A DNA stretch of 64,000 nt from Octopus sinensis. Its lineage: Eukaryota. A model generated the notes under the pieces. That model made no database searches, was not told the DNA's origin, and was given only the letters and a program-made list of their open reading frames with translations. The stretch covers positions 164,052,001 to 164,116,000 of the forward strand of contig NC_042999.1 of assembly GCF_006345805.1 (NCBI RefSeq), written 5' to 3'. Shown in pieces: positions 25,508 through 39,515 of the stretch (the stretch's first letter is position 1; each line of letters starts with the position of its first letter). Position numbers and translations under genes: made by a program.

Positions 25508-27312
25508 AGCGTTCTTTTACTATTATGATTGTGAGAACTACGGCTGTCTTCGACATTATACACCCCATTATCAATACTATTTAATGGAATATCACCTATA
25601 TATTCCCTGCCACTGAGATCGCTGTGATTGCTAATGTCCGTGATGCTACTGTTGTCAAACCCGTTGCTAAAATTGTTATTGGGACTCTCTACATTAATGA
25701 CTCGGACAGTGCTCTCATCCCTATTCCCATTACTAACGTTAGAGTCGTCACCATTGCTCCTATCATTATTCCTATTATTAGCTCCATGCCTGGTATGGAG
25801 ATTGCTAATCTCTGTGCCGGTTCTATTACCATTATTCTTATTTTTATTAATACTGCGCGTTATTCTGGCATTAGACGGAGCTGCGTCTCCGAACGTGGGT
25901 AAGAGGGTCTTGTTTAGCAGCTTATTGTTATGGGAGGAAATTATCTGTGAGAGATTTTTCGTATTAGAGAAGGCTATCCTAACTTTGTGTGAGTTACCAG
26001 TGGCGTAATATCTGGAATTTCTGGGAAAGTTACTGGCAATAGCTTGGCGAAACTGCAGGGGTAGATTAGATCTTATTTGTTTACCAAAGGGAATTACAAA
26101 CCAAATATATTTATTCCTGTTTTTGTACTGGGTCGGGGAGTCAACTCTGACATTAAGGTGGTTATTTCTAGGTTGAATAATAGGTTTTGGCTTACTATGG
26201 CCTCCCCTGGACCGCAAATTATTTATGTTACCTAAATTTATTCTAGATGTACTAGTTTCGACATTCCTCAGGCTACCATCAGTACTTAAATTATTTATGT
26301 TATTGTATCCGGCCCTATCCTGATGACTGAATGCTGGCATCGGAAGGGCCGGATCTATATATACTATTTTCTCCCTATAACCGGCTTTAGACAGGGCGGC
26401 ATTATAAAATTCCGCTTTCTGCCTAAAAATGTCGACATTGGCAGACAAATTAGTTAGTCTTTGAGAAATATTTTTAACCAAATTGTCTGTTATAGTTTTA
26501 GCGTGATTCGAGAAGACACTGACATACTTTAAGTTAGTGGAAGGCTTGTGGTAAGGGCAGTACGAATCGCTATGGAGGTTTAGTGTGACATCTAAGAAAT
26601 TAGCCTTAGTAAGCTCGTTATCAAAAACTATACTCATGCCCATCCTATTAAAGAACCTAGCTAATCTGTTTTTAGTTTTCTGTACGATTCTGTTCGGGGT
26701 GTTTTGTAGGTAAAACAGACAATCGTCACGATATAGGCCGCCCCCGATATCCGGGAATTGGTCGGATAATTCGTAGAGAATATAGATTCCGACCAAATCG
26801 GCAATCTGCGCGCTATCTGAACTACCCATGGGCACATCGAACTCGTTGGGAGTATCTTTACGAACCCACAACTTATTTTCAAACTCTATAAATGATTTCC
26901 TGGCGACTAGAATTATATCAATTTCTTCTCTAGAGAGACCTGCCTTATTGTGTGCATGCCACAGAGCCTTATTAAGTACACTAGGGTTAATTGAGGGGTA
27001 GAAATTAGCAATATCGAACTGAATGAACTTAGTTCGGTTTTTATTAGGGATAGCAGAGAACCACCTAACGACCTGCGAAGAGTTCGCCCAGAGGTTAAGC
27101 TTCAGCTTATTGACTAAACTAGGAATATATTTGTCTAAAATGTACTTACTGATGGCGCCGATGTCAGAACTAGAAGGGCATATGAGCCTTAACGCTGGGT
27201 TGGTGTAGAAATTTGGTTTGTGGTCCTTAACAATGAATCTAGGTTGTTTAGGGCTAAGCGGCTGTGTTCTCATTTGAATTCCGTAATTAACCATTATTTT
27301 CTTAATCTCCAA
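25501..27312 (-). CDS. Penelope-like (Naiad-type) reverse transcriptase with Asn/Ser-rich linkers
   Basis: 603-aa ORF with PLE RT motifs; ends in TAA just before the -1 frame GIY-YIG ORF. Confidence 0.85.
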   Translation of the reverse strand: MEIKKIMVNYGIQMRTQPLSPKQPRFIVKDHKPNFYTNPALRLICPSSSDIGAISKYILDKYIPSLVNKLKLNLWANSSQVVRWFSAIPNKNRTKFIQFDIANFYPSINPSVLNKALWHAHNKAGLSREEIDIILVARKSFIEFENKLWVRKDTPNEFDVPMGSSDSAQIADLVGIYILYELSDQFPDIGGGLYRDDCLFYLQNTPNRIVQKTKNRLARFFNRMGMSIVFDNELTKANFLDVTLNLHSDSYCPYHKPSTNLKYVSVFSNHAKTITDNLVKNISQRLTNLSANVDIFRQKAEFYNAALSKAGYREKIVYIDPALPMPAFSHQDRAGYNNINNLSTDGSLRNVETSTSRINLGNINNLRSRGGHSKPKPIIQPRNNHLNVRVDSPTQYKNRNKYIWFVIPFGKQIRSNLPLQFRQAIASNFPRNSRYYATGNSHKVRIAFSNTKNLSQIISSHNNKLLNKTLLPTFGDAAPSNARITRSINKNKNNGNRTGTEISNLHTRHGANNRNNDRSNGDDSNVSNGNRDESTVRVINVESPNNNFSNGFDNSSITDISNHSDLSGREYIGDIPLNSIDNGVYNVEDSRSSHNHNSKRTLC

Positions 27313-27566
27313 GTTTACTTTTCTCAGTGTATTCCTATTTGTTGTTCTATAGTTCTTCTGGATCTCCTTTCCGAGTAATTCTAAGTACTGGTTAATGGGT
27401 AACTTGTACGTGTTCCTTGTTTTGGCAGTTGTTTTGTCATATGTATTCCTTTAAAATGTACATATACCGATAGTACATATATGTACCGCCAGTATATGTA
27501 TGTATGTAAATATATATATGCAATGTGTGTATGCAAACAGGGATGTTTAGATGTGTGTATATTACT

Positions 27567-27792
27567 GCGAGATGGCAGAAACGTTAGCGCGCCGGGCGAA
27601 ATGCTAAGCGGTATTTCGCCTGTCGTTACGTTGTGAGTTCAAATTCCGCCGAGGTCGAATTTGCCTTTCATCCTTTCGGAGTCGATAAATTAAGTACCAA
27701 TTTCGCACTGGGGTCGATGAAATCGACTTAATCCCTTTGTCTGTCCTTGTTTGTCCTCTCTATGTTTAGCCCCTTGTGGGTAGTAAAGAAAT
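27567..27792 (+). mobile_element. tRNA-derived SINE
   Basis: Nearly identical to 58075-58310; ends GTGGGTAGTAAAGAAATA. Confidence 0.85.
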
Positions 27793-28618
27793 ATATATGT
27801 GTGTAGGAAGGGGTTCTATGTATGTATGTATGTATGTATGTATGTATGTATGTATGTATGTATGTATGTATGTATGTATGTATGCACGTATGCATGTATG
27901 ATGTGGAGCATGAGGATGCCGCAAAAGAGAAGCAGAATTCTTCGAAAAGAAAGTACCACAAGTAGAGGTTCTCTTTCTGTAAATAGGGTAACTCACAGCT
28001 GCAAAGAATTTCATTTCCTATGAAGGGAAGCCCATCTTTTGTGTATAAGGAAACCATTCCCTACCTGACTGAAACGAAATTCTAACGCTAACAAAGTTCT
28101 AAGTCACTTGTACGAAATTCATCATCAATTTCCTAAGGAAGTATCGAGAAGGAAATGCGATAAATTAAATAGTAGAAGCAAGACAGAATACAACTACAAA
28201 TTTCTGAAAGAAATCACAAGCTATTAATTTCTCAATTATCACAAGACGTGAGGCCTCGCCCGCTGTAACCCAAGAGCTCCTCACGGAATATTCTTGAATC
28301 GTCTTTTAGGAACAATGCAGGAACATCGTAGAGAAGCTGTAATCTGGAAAATGGGTTTCTCTGATCGACGAAAGTGAACATTTAAGCTTAATGAATATAT
28401 CTTGTTTTATTTATTGTGATTCTCTGTAAATTATACTTCGTGGTAAATATTTGTTCGTTGTTTATATTTTCTTTGAAATTCTTATAATCATACATTTCAT
28501 AAATCTTTCATACACTCTCTTCGTCTTTCCATAACACATTTATTCCATTCCATACATGTCTGTAAGCTCCCTGTTAAACGTATTTTTAAATTTATTTAAC
28601 TCTTATGACATGTTAAAA

Positions 28619-28649
<31 letters not shown>

Positions 28650-28779
28650 GTTATTATTATTATTAAATATATCACAAAAATTTGACGCCTTTAGTTTTAT
28701 CTAAGAATTAATAGAAAATCAAGGAAGGAAAGTGACAAAACCTAGGATTTGCAGTGTGAAATCAAAAATGCAGCTGAAG

Positions 28780-29990
28780 AAAACCACGACCGATGTTTGA
28801 AATGCTGTGGTTTCCATCGACCCGGGCAGAATATACGGGAATGTTTGGTTTTACAAATTTTTTCCAAAAGCCATCTCGTTTGAAAAGGAGCACATGGAGA
28901 GGTATATGTTGGTAAGTTTGTACCAGGAAAGAGAACCAGATGAGGAGAACCTTTGGTTACCATGGCAAAAATAAGACTACTTTGGGAACAGCTTATTTAG
29001 GATTCAACCTGGAAGGATATGGACCTAGATATCCCCAAAAGCTCAACACAGAAATTAAATCGACTACATCGTCGATAAACGGTGCCTACTGCAGGACGTC
29101 CCAGTCACTACACCATGCAACACAGCCGGTGAAATTAGAGAGGAAAAGGCTCTACACGTCAATGCCTTTGACGTGAAGCAGATGCAGGAAACTATGAAGG
29201 AGGAAGTTGAAGTTAAATTGAAGAGCACGATGAGAACTACAATTTGCTGGTCCAGAAAATTAAAAGCTGTATATGGAAAGCAAGAACTGCAAGCCAGCGG
29301 GAGCCTTAAGGAAGAATTTTGGCAAAGGCGAGGAAAATGCTAAGAGAAACGGAAAAGATGCACATGAAAGTTCGCCTCGAGTATTCCGTTTTTTGCATAG
29401 CTCTCAGACATCTGAGAAATGACTTCGAGAGTTATAGATTATAAAAAAAGACCTAATACAGGCTGCAGAGGAAAGGAGAAGTCTAAAATGATGCAGGAGA
29501 GGGCTGACACTCTTTTAGTCAAAGGTGACGGCGCTTAAGAACAAGAATGGACTCATGGTGACAGATAAAGGGGAGATGGAAGAGGTATACAATACCTCCT
29601 ACAACAACCTTTTTAAATCATCAGTGGAACTCGATCCTCCGCTAAAATGTTGGAAAAAGTGCCACCTATTCTGGACAGTAGAATTGAAGAGGCACTTTAA
29701 CTGACGAAAAACAGACAAAACTCCTGAGAAAGATGGCCTCCACAGCATAGATGTGAAGGCGGAGAGGTGAAGAGATATGGAAAATCCTCGTTCTACACTT
29801 CAATCACTATCTGAATAGTAAAATAATCTCACTGTGAAAAGAGTCAAATACCATCTTGCTTTATAAGAAAAGCGATAAAGATTTTAAAAAACTATCGTCC
29901 CATAATCCTCGTCTCACCACTATAAGCTGCTTACAAAGGTTATAATCACCAGACTATCAAAACACCTCGTCAACCAATAGCCGAGAGAAC
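28780..29990 (+). mobile_element. Degenerate RTE-clade LINE (APE end to RT start)
   Basis: WISPK..RN*IDYIV (APE C-terminus), KTP.KDGL, TILLYKK.DK..KNYRPI..YKLLTKVI.TRL. Confidence 0.7.
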
Positions 29991-30896
29991 ATAAAGACGG
30001 ACAAAATGCCGCCAAGCATTTGGTATGTTAACGTTTTTGCCAGCTCGCCACCTTAACGATGATTCTAATAAAAATAAATTCCATTTCTAACATTGATATC
30101 TAGTCACACATTATGTGGAAAGGGTATAACCAATTAAATTACCTAAAAACCTTGACTGGTAATTCATTCTATGGCCTCGAGGCGATAATACAATGCAAGG
30201 CAAAAATTCGAATTTAGAATGCGAAAAAGAAAGCCGTACTAAATACGGCCTTTCTGCCAATTTCATCAAACCAAGTACACTTCGTAATTTATTAATATCG
30301 ATAACATATTCCAGAAAATATTTCAATAATTTCCTGCTACTTATTTTGAAAAAAATACGCAGTTATTTTCGCCAAAGTAATATAATCAGAGTTAACAACA
30401 TGTCTGTGGTTGGTATTCGTTCATACTTAAAAACGTCTCATTTTACGGTTAGTTGTGAAATAAATAAAAATTATGTTGCATGATGTAAGGAAGATGACTT
30501 ATAGTAACGCAACCTAATTCTTTATATAATTTCCATCACTATTTGGCAGTAAATATTAGGTGGTAATTCTGCACTGGACTGGAATATGTAGAAAAAGATT
30601 CATTTCATAACTTCTAAACTTTCTCTAATATCTGTCTTCTCCCTTTTCCCTCACCTTTTCTTTCTCGTTCATTCTGTCTGTCTCTCTCTTAAAAGAATGT
30701 GTGCGTGTGTGCGCGCGCGCTTGTGTGTAACCTGTTCTTCGCTGGTAGGATTCAAACAAAGTAGACACCTTTCAAAATTTAGTTCTCAATACATAATGAA
30801 GGTGTTAAGTTTTATCTTTTCATTTTTGAGGTCAATCCATAGCCTTTCCAAGCTGTCTGGTTCGACACTTCCCATACACATACACACACACACATG

Positions 30897-30961
<65 letters not shown>

Positions 30962-30968
30962 CACACAC

Positions 30969-31410
<442 letters not shown>

Positions 31411-31447
31411 TATTATTTAACACACACACACACACACACGCGCACAC

Positions 31448-31499
<52 letters not shown>

Positions 31500-31644
31500 G
31501 GCCTGCTCGCTTAACCAGCGGAGTGGCGTCATTGGAAGGCTAAAACAATGCGAAGCGCATTGTGACCAGCGATGTCTAACAACATCTGATAGCCTGGTCG
31601 GTCACGTGATCACGTGATATATATATATATATATATATAATATA

Positions 31645-31682
<38 letters not shown>

Positions 31683-31719
31683 TATATATTCCATAACACA
31701 GCTCTACTCAAGGGGGACC

Positions 31720-32254
31720 CAAAGATGAATCAAATCCTCCAAACACACACCATCATCAAAAGTAAGAGACAGCCAAAATCAAGGAGGAGGATTTTAACCC
31801 AGGCCAAATTACACTCAACAACAACCACAAAGCCGACAGAAAAAAGTGCGTGAGGCCCAACTGTGGGATCTGTATCAACATAATAGAAGGATCCAAATAC
31901 CGATTGGAACAAGGCCAAAATTTTACCATAAAAACTAACTTTATATGAGCATCGGAGAATTTGATTTACTTAATTACATTCTCGGGATGCAAATGGCAAT
32001 ATATTGGACACACAAAAAACAGCCTACGTCAGAGGATGGCGGTGCACAAATCCCAAATTAGAAATCCGGAATACAGGAAAGTATCTGTCAGCGAACATAT
32101 AGACAGATGTGCATCCAATAAATATCCCAAATTCACAACTTTTCCATTATACAAATTCAAAGTCAGTGCTAGCCAAAATGAACGCATTACCAAAGAAATG
32201 CATCTCACAAGAAAGTATCGACTGAGTCTAAATTCTTTAAGCTCGGAACACTGA
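31720..32254 (+). mobile_element. Penelope-like (Neptune-type) 3' fragment: Cys linker and GIY-YIG
   Basis: KKCVRPNCGIC upstream; ORF 31961-32254 IYLITFSGCKWQYIGHTKNSLRQRMAVHKSQI..E. Confidence 0.8.
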
Positions 32255-33840
32255 AACTATATGTATATTATTCATAAGAAATAAAGACAGGAGATTAAAT
32301 AAATCCATTTCTGTGAAGACCTCAGGGGAAATAATTGTACGACGACTATTATTGCTACAACTGCTTATTGGACTACTACGGCCACTCCTTTTGAAAACAG
32401 TTTTGACCACACTACTTAATTTACCATCACTGACAACAGTTGAAATTACTACTAGCAATGCCTCGAAAATTAATGGAAATTAGCAGGTGCTCTAACAGGA
32501 AAAAGAAAAGTACACTATGAACGTTTATTTTATTGATAATCTTTTTTCTTTATATATTTCGTTTAACTAATTGTGCTTAATGATGGTATATCTGTGTTGA
32601 TTACAGCATTGAATCCAGACCATCATGGCACCAATTGCTGTGTAGTAGCTCGTTCTTCAGTATCATTCCTGCTCCGAAGCAGGCACCAGGCTGTGTCTTT
32701 TTGCTTTGCTTGGTTAACACAGGCTGTTTCTTGAAGGCTATGGGTACTCTCAGTGATGACCATATTGCCAGGCCCAGATCGCTTTCCTGCATTGTATGGT
32801 AGAATCTTGCAGGGTTTGGGGGTGAATGATCTCCTACGTTTTCCCTTCCTGTTGGCTGAACTTGCTGGCAGAACAGGAGCTGCAGGCTTGACATGACTGA
32901 CGCATTTATAATAACAAAAACATACCTTAGCAATGACATGAAAAAGGTCGAAGTCAACACAAACCAACACTGCACATATAGACAGTGGGCCAAATAAAAA
33001 CGGGTCTTATTTATTGAGATTTATTGCCACTTTAGTTTATTGATAACACATTGTTCCTGGGTTTATGTGATGACATTTTCTCTTGTTTGGCTTCCTCGCA
33101 TTGAAATACACAAAACAAACCCAAAAATCTCAAACATCCTCCATTAGCGAGATTTTTATCGAAATCATCCATTTTGGCCTTATTGAGGATGGGTTAGGAA
33201 ATTGTTTATAATATCATTATTATTGAAGATAGCAGACTCAAATTTCATATGGAATAGTAGAAATACACAGTAAATACAACTATTTTGTTTAACTTAATGA
33301 ATATTAAATTAATTGCAAAAAAAAAAAGGAATGAAAGTCAATATACTGTGAAAAAACATTAAAAAATGGGCGTTTTTTCAGACAAACTGGTGAAATTTTC
33401 CAATTTTGGGCAATGGAAGATGAAAACTTCACCATGGGCGTTGATAGACAAATATTTCCAATGATTACCTGTGTATCATATATTTCCACTTTACTTATAA
33501 AAAGCTGTTGTCCTGATTACCTGACAGGTTGTGCGAATGACAACAAGTGAAAATGTCATCCCCATAGACCTAGGGAAAAATGTGGTACCATCAAACTAAA
33601 GTTGCAGGAGGGTGCAACCAAAGTACACATTTCTGGATCTGGCCCACCGACTATAAGTACATATTTTTGATAAGGTTTAAAAACAACCGAAACATGTAAA
33701 ACAAAACCACTTTTTTCAATGTATTTATATAAAGAAATTTAAATGTACCTAATTTTTTAAAAAGTAGCATTTTCGTTCTTCTTTTTCATATATATATATA
33801 TGTGTGTGTGTGTGTATGCATATATATATATATATATATA

Positions 33841-33896
<56 letters not shown>

Positions 33897-34306
33897 TATG
33901 TATGTATTATGTGTGTGTGTAAATATATACAGATCTATCTACCTATCTATCGCATCTATTTGTTTTCTTGTCTATCGATCTATCTATACACACACACATA
34001 CTCAGACACATATATATATATACATATACATACATGTATATATGTATATGTATATATATATGTGTGTGTATATATATATATAGACATATGAATATATACA
34101 TATATATATGGAGAGAAAGGGAGAGAGAGAAAGAAAAAGAAAGAGAGTGCAGCGAATAATACACCATTGTGTTGGCCTACATCACGTGTTTCCGTTTACA
34201 TGATCGTCTCAGATATGTCTGCAGTTGATGTAACTCTTACACCAACATTGAAAATCACTGACAAAATCCTGACGTTGCAAATTTCCAAAGACTACATATA
34301 ATATGA

Positions 34307-34367
<61 letters not shown>

Positions 34368-34531
34368 TGTGTAAACATATGCGCAGTTTTACATGGTTCA
34401 GCAACAAGCAACAATTTTAAAGAAACCAATTACAGTATTGTTTCGATTTAAATTCGATCAAACAACTGGTGATAAGAAACGTGTTGCTTGAATTAAACGA
34501 TCTCTTTTTTTCCATCTCTCACTCGCTTTGT

Positions 34532-34562
<31 letters not shown>

Positions 34563-35263
34563 TTTCTTTCTCTTTCTTCCTGTTTATCGATATATATATA
34601 TATTCATACATGCATACAGATGTACATTTGAGTTTCAATAGAACTATGTAGAAACATATATATTGAAACTGAAATAGTTTTTCATGATTTGAGTTTCATT
34701 TTCAATATAAAAAACAGCGAATCATATAATCTACATGTATCATGCACTCCTATCTCCTTCGCCTGACATAAACCAACGCTCGAATTACATATACATATAT
34801 AATATGTGTGTGTGTGTGTGTGTGTGTATGTGTGTGTGCGTGCGTATGTGTGTGTGTGTAACATATGACATATAATCATCATCATCATCATCATCGTTTA
34901 ACGTCCGATTTCCATGCTGACATAGGTTGGACGGTTTGATTGGGGACTGGCAAGGCAGGAGTCCTCACCAAGCTCCAATCTGATCTGGCAATGTTTCTAC
35001 AGCTAGATACCCTTCCTAGAACCAACCACACCGAGAGTGTAGTGGGTGCTTTTTACGTATATATGTGTGTATATATGTGCATATATTTATAACAACCTAT
35101 CTATATACATACATACAAGCATACATAATGCACGCACGTGCATATACTAACAAAGACACAGACACTGGCAAACAGACAGACAGATCAAAATGTGACCTCA
35201 TGTGTACCGTTGGCGATTTTTTTTTCCTCTTTCTTCCCTTCTCTGGATCTTTCCTTCTCCTAT

Positions 35264-35298
35264 GTTTCCGACGAAGAGCTCCGCTCGAAACGTTAAAC
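35264..35298 (+). ncRNA. Minimal hammerhead-like motif (U4C variant), same family as 18795
   Basis: GUUU-CCGACGA-A-GAGC(UCC)GCUC-GAAA-CG-UU|AAAC. Confidence 0.45.
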
Positions 35299-35393
35299 CC
35301 TCCTTCTTTCTTTCTTTCCTGAGCATCCAATAATACTATATTTGTTCCACGTCCTCGCGTTGTTGTGTTTTTTTTGTGCTTTCTTGTTTGGAT

Positions 35394-35435
<42 letters not shown>

Positions 35436-35467
35436 ATATAATATATATATATAATATATATATATAT

Positions 35468-35525
<58 letters not shown>

Positions 35526-35611
35526 TGACATACACATCGGGCACCACATACACATAATACGAGAAGGAGCGAAGAAGTGACAATGATAGCGAGAGAGCGG
35601 GAACGAGGGAG

Positions 35612-35646
<35 letters not shown>

Positions 35647-35985
35647 CAGAGGGAATATATAAATTCAAATACAACTCAAAATGCAGAATAAAGTCCGATG
35701 GTCTATTCTATTATTTTCAACACAATAAGAAAATATATTCCCAATGCACTAAGTTAATTTGCGTGACAAGTCTAATAATCAATATAAAATCTCGGTGTCA
35801 AGAAAGTTGAATCAAACACTGTAATTTTTCTGAAAACAGAAATGAACATAGGTTTTCCTAAAGGGTGTTTTTGAAGTGTGTATGTATGTATGTGTATGTA
35901 TGTATGTATGTATGTATGTATGTATGTATTTAAATATGTACGTATGTATGTATGTAGATATATGTGTGTATATATACACACATAC

Positions 35986-36028
<43 letters not shown>

Positions 36029-36204
36029 TATACACACATATATGTATATATATATATATGTATTTATATATATATATATATATATACATATATATATGTA
36101 TATATATATATGTATGTATATATATATGTATGTATATATATATATATATATGTATATATATTATATATATATATAATATATTATATATATATATATATAT
36201 ATAT

Positions 36205-36578
<374 letters not shown>

Positions 36579-36672
36579 GCAAAATATTCGAATGTTTACA
36601 TTCAAAGTAAGATGTTACTGAAAATAGAAATAAAACATTTCTAAATCTCTCAGAGATTTATGCAGTAGCAGC

Positions 36673-37007
36673 ACATTAAAGTGATAGTATGTTGTCAACT
36701 TAATGTTGCAGTCCCATGAAGGGGAAGAATGCTACTGTTATTTAGCCCTAGGATACACGTTTCCTAGGGCTATGCATCGACAGCAAGCAAGCCATGCTAC
36801 TCCAGACTGATGATGAGTAATGACTCTGAAACTAGTCTCTGGCTTTGCTGGGTGGAGGTGCTTATCTCCCCTTTGAAAACATAAGGACGCTGGAAATGAG
36901 TCAAGTCCAACAGGAAACGGTGTTTCCTAGGGCTGAATAACAGTAGCAATCTTCCCCTTCATGGGACTGTCACATTAAGTTGGCAACATGCTATCACCTT
37001 AAGATGT
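36673..37007. mobile_element. Fold-back element: ~87-bp imperfect inverted repeats around a hammerhead
   Basis: Arms 36673-36758 and 36920-37007 share CAGTCCCATGAAGGGGAAGA(A/T)TGCTACTGTTATT(T/C)AGCCCTAGGA in opposite orientation. Confidence 0.8.
36802..36842 (+). ncRNA. Compact type I hammerhead ribozyme
   Basis: CCAGA-CUGAUGA-U GAGU(AAUG)ACUC U-GAAA-CUAG-UC|UCUGG; stem I can extend via AGCAAGC/GCUUUGCU. Confidence 0.72.
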
Positions 37008-37326
37008 TATTATCGTTAATATCACCTGTGGTGAATATTTTTAATTGATAATATCAACAGCAGTAACATAGGCGGTTCACAGGATTAATACCATTAAATA
37101 GTTATAAAATTTTAAATTAGCATGAAGCATAAGGATGCAAAAAAGCATTTGAATATCATAATATTTAGAGGTATGCTTTTTAATGTCTTAATTCTTTATC
37201 CTCGCTTACTGTTATTTTCTATTATTTTGGTGCCTTCGGACGATTGAATTAGGACTTTAGCTCTTATTTCTAAACAGGTTGATGCTGTTTTGCCGCCTTG
37301 TGCTTCGAGCTAATTTTAAATTTTAT

Positions 37327-37404
<78 letters not shown>

Positions 37405-37639
37405 AAGCTGTTGGACCCGGCGTTGCTCATGTTTTCTGTGTTGAAGTTAAGCCCACTTCTGACCTTGTTTTGAAATCTTCTACGTTCTCCGTACCAACTA
37501 TTACCCATTAAGATGTTATGTCTGGTTCAGCAGGGATTTTACCCGGTTAACGCTTTCAACATACTCCTACATACTGGACCATCTGAAATCGCAGTCAAAT
37601 TTTTGGGTAATCCTCAACCCGTTGAGAGTGATGTTTGTT

Positions 37640-37935
37640 TATTTCTCTCCCCTTAATGCCACCATACTGACATCAACTCACTTCCATGAGCCTCGCTCAC
37701 TCATCGATTTTCATCAAAATCGGATAAAAAATGCAAAAGCTGCAGGAAAAAATAGCATCGAATGATCTCACCAAAATCGATGCCAACTGAGCATTATTGA
37801 GTTTTCGAAAAAAATTCCGACCTTATTTGAACTATGTACCAAAAATCATTAAAATCGGTTGAACGGTGTGAGAGGAGTTACAGTAACCCTAAACACACAG
37901 ACAGAAAGACATCATTACACATTTATATATGTAAA
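37640..37935 (+). mobile_element. Possible non-autonomous Helitron-like 3' fragment
   Basis: TTTCATCAAAATCGG / AAAATCGGTTGAACGGTGTGAGAGGAGTTA..CACACAGACAGA..TTTATATAT pattern; resemblance only. Confidence 0.3.
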
Positions 37936-37991
37936 TGTACACTCACACACACACACACACACACTCACAAATATATATATGTATATATATA

Positions 37992-38663
37992 CCGTATATA
38001 CTCGAATAATAGTTGATCTCATGTAAAAGTCGACCCTCTATTTTGGGCCAAAGAATTGGGAATTTTCCATAGACCCGGTATAAAAGTCAACCCTAGTAGT
38101 TCACGAACAACAGGACACTATTTTATCCTGTGCGTAGAAATAACACTGTTATAAAATTGTGTGGCCTCCTCTATGGGTGGAATACTTGGTGCTTATAATG
38201 GAATGCTCGGTGCTAATAGTAAAACATCATTTAATAGCGAGCACTTGCTGGGTGCTACCTCACCATTATTAAAATGTATGCAGACGATATGCTGCAAGCA
38301 TATTTCTATTTCACTTCTGCGACCTCGATTTCATTTGCACTGACAATCATATACCAATCTCAAACCCCTCGCTGTCCTCAATAGAGCGGCTTTTTGAGCA
38401 TATACTACCTCATGTCAATCCCAAGGTCTCCAACAATTTTCTCCAGCCTGGTTGTTAATGATCCAAGTGTCCCTACAACTACCGAGATTGCCCACATGCA
38501 TGCAATTTTATCGTTTAGTGGCTTGTATCATCATGATCATCATGGGCTTCTGCTGCTGATACGATACTTCGGATTCAGCCCCTCAAAAGTAGCATCCATG
38601 TAATTGTCGACCCCATAAATTTGACCTTAAAAAATGGTCTAGAAATTTCAACTTTTAAACGAG

Positions 38664-38669
<6 letters not shown>
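37992..38669. mobile_element. Pogo/Tigger-like non-autonomous element containing a nested Dong RLE fragment (~38345-38530, minus)
   Basis: Left end TA-CCGTATATACTCG, right end CGAGTATATA, repeated AAGTCGACC(C) motifs; nested piece translates VVVGTLGSLTTRLEKIVGDLGIDMR. Confidence 0.5.
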
Positions 38670-38753
<84 letters not shown>

Positions 38754-39032
38754 TGTGTGTGTATGTATGTATATATGTATGTATGTATATATGTGTGTAT
38801 GTATGTATGTATGTTTTATGTTCAGTTTCGACCAGCTAAGCCATCGTTGGATTATATATAAATATATCAGTTATGTACAGTTTGATATATGACAGCTACT
38901 ATATGACGCACCGTCATACTTTTTCTGAGTGTCATATGTGTCCAATGTAGTGTTCCCAGAAAACTTTACATGCTATAATGTAGATTAGCTTGCCCAAATT
39001 GCTGAACAATAGGTAACATATCTATCTATCTG

Positions 39033-39103
<71 letters not shown>

Positions 39104-39119
39104 GTCACTCTGTCTGTCT

Positions 39120-39515
39120 GTCTGTCGAATCTACTAACGGTTTTTTTAAATACTTAATAACGTTCTGTTTATCATTTAGGCAGTCAACGTAATTGTTATA
39201 ATGTCTTGTTGTTGAGAGAGGCTCTCTTTCTTTCCTGATGAGAAGATTTCATTTTACATCGTTTATTCCTTTGGAATAATACCATGTTGTCTTCGAAACA
39301 TATGTTGAAAGTAAAAGAATTTTAATAACATCTTCGTTCAACTCCATTTATTTACTTAAAATACACAAATTACTGGTCATTAACCCGGAGTTTCTACCTT
39401 TGAATAGGTCGCTTCTTCCGTGTTACTTGCGTGAATTTTGCTACCCTGGTAACGGTTTATTGAATTTTCCATGTTAACGGTAAACAAAGGATAATTCATT
39501 CATCCATTTAAATAT

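Larger units (their letters stand above)
24321..27440 (-). mobile_element. Penelope-like element, Naiad type, copy N1 (5'-truncated, one frameshift)
   Basis: RT ORF 25501-27312, open upstream to ~27438, with FDIANFYPS, VPMGSSDSAQIADLVG and GLYRDD; GIY-YIG ORF 25079-25507 with IYQC..YIG..R.SNH..CNLC..E; 3' hammerhead. Confidence 0.88.

Noticed and set aside
25495-25510. Selenocysteine recoding as reported for some Naiads
   Set aside because: The stop is TAA, not TGA; there is no Cys-position TGA in N1 or the 4847 fragment (that position is TTT); no SECIS recognised
28755-28815. CTGAAGA-AAAC..GTTT-GAAA hammerhead-like string
   Set aside because: No stem III, NUH triplet or stem I partner; chance match at the edge of an RTE relic
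32305-32345. Hammerhead-like CTGTGAAGA-CC TCAG GG-GAAA downstream of the Neptune-type fragment
   Set aside because: Core interrupted, only 2-bp stem II and no stem I
32983-33650. Tc1-like element with TGGCCCAC termini
   Set aside because: Only an 8-bp terminal match and no transposase motif found
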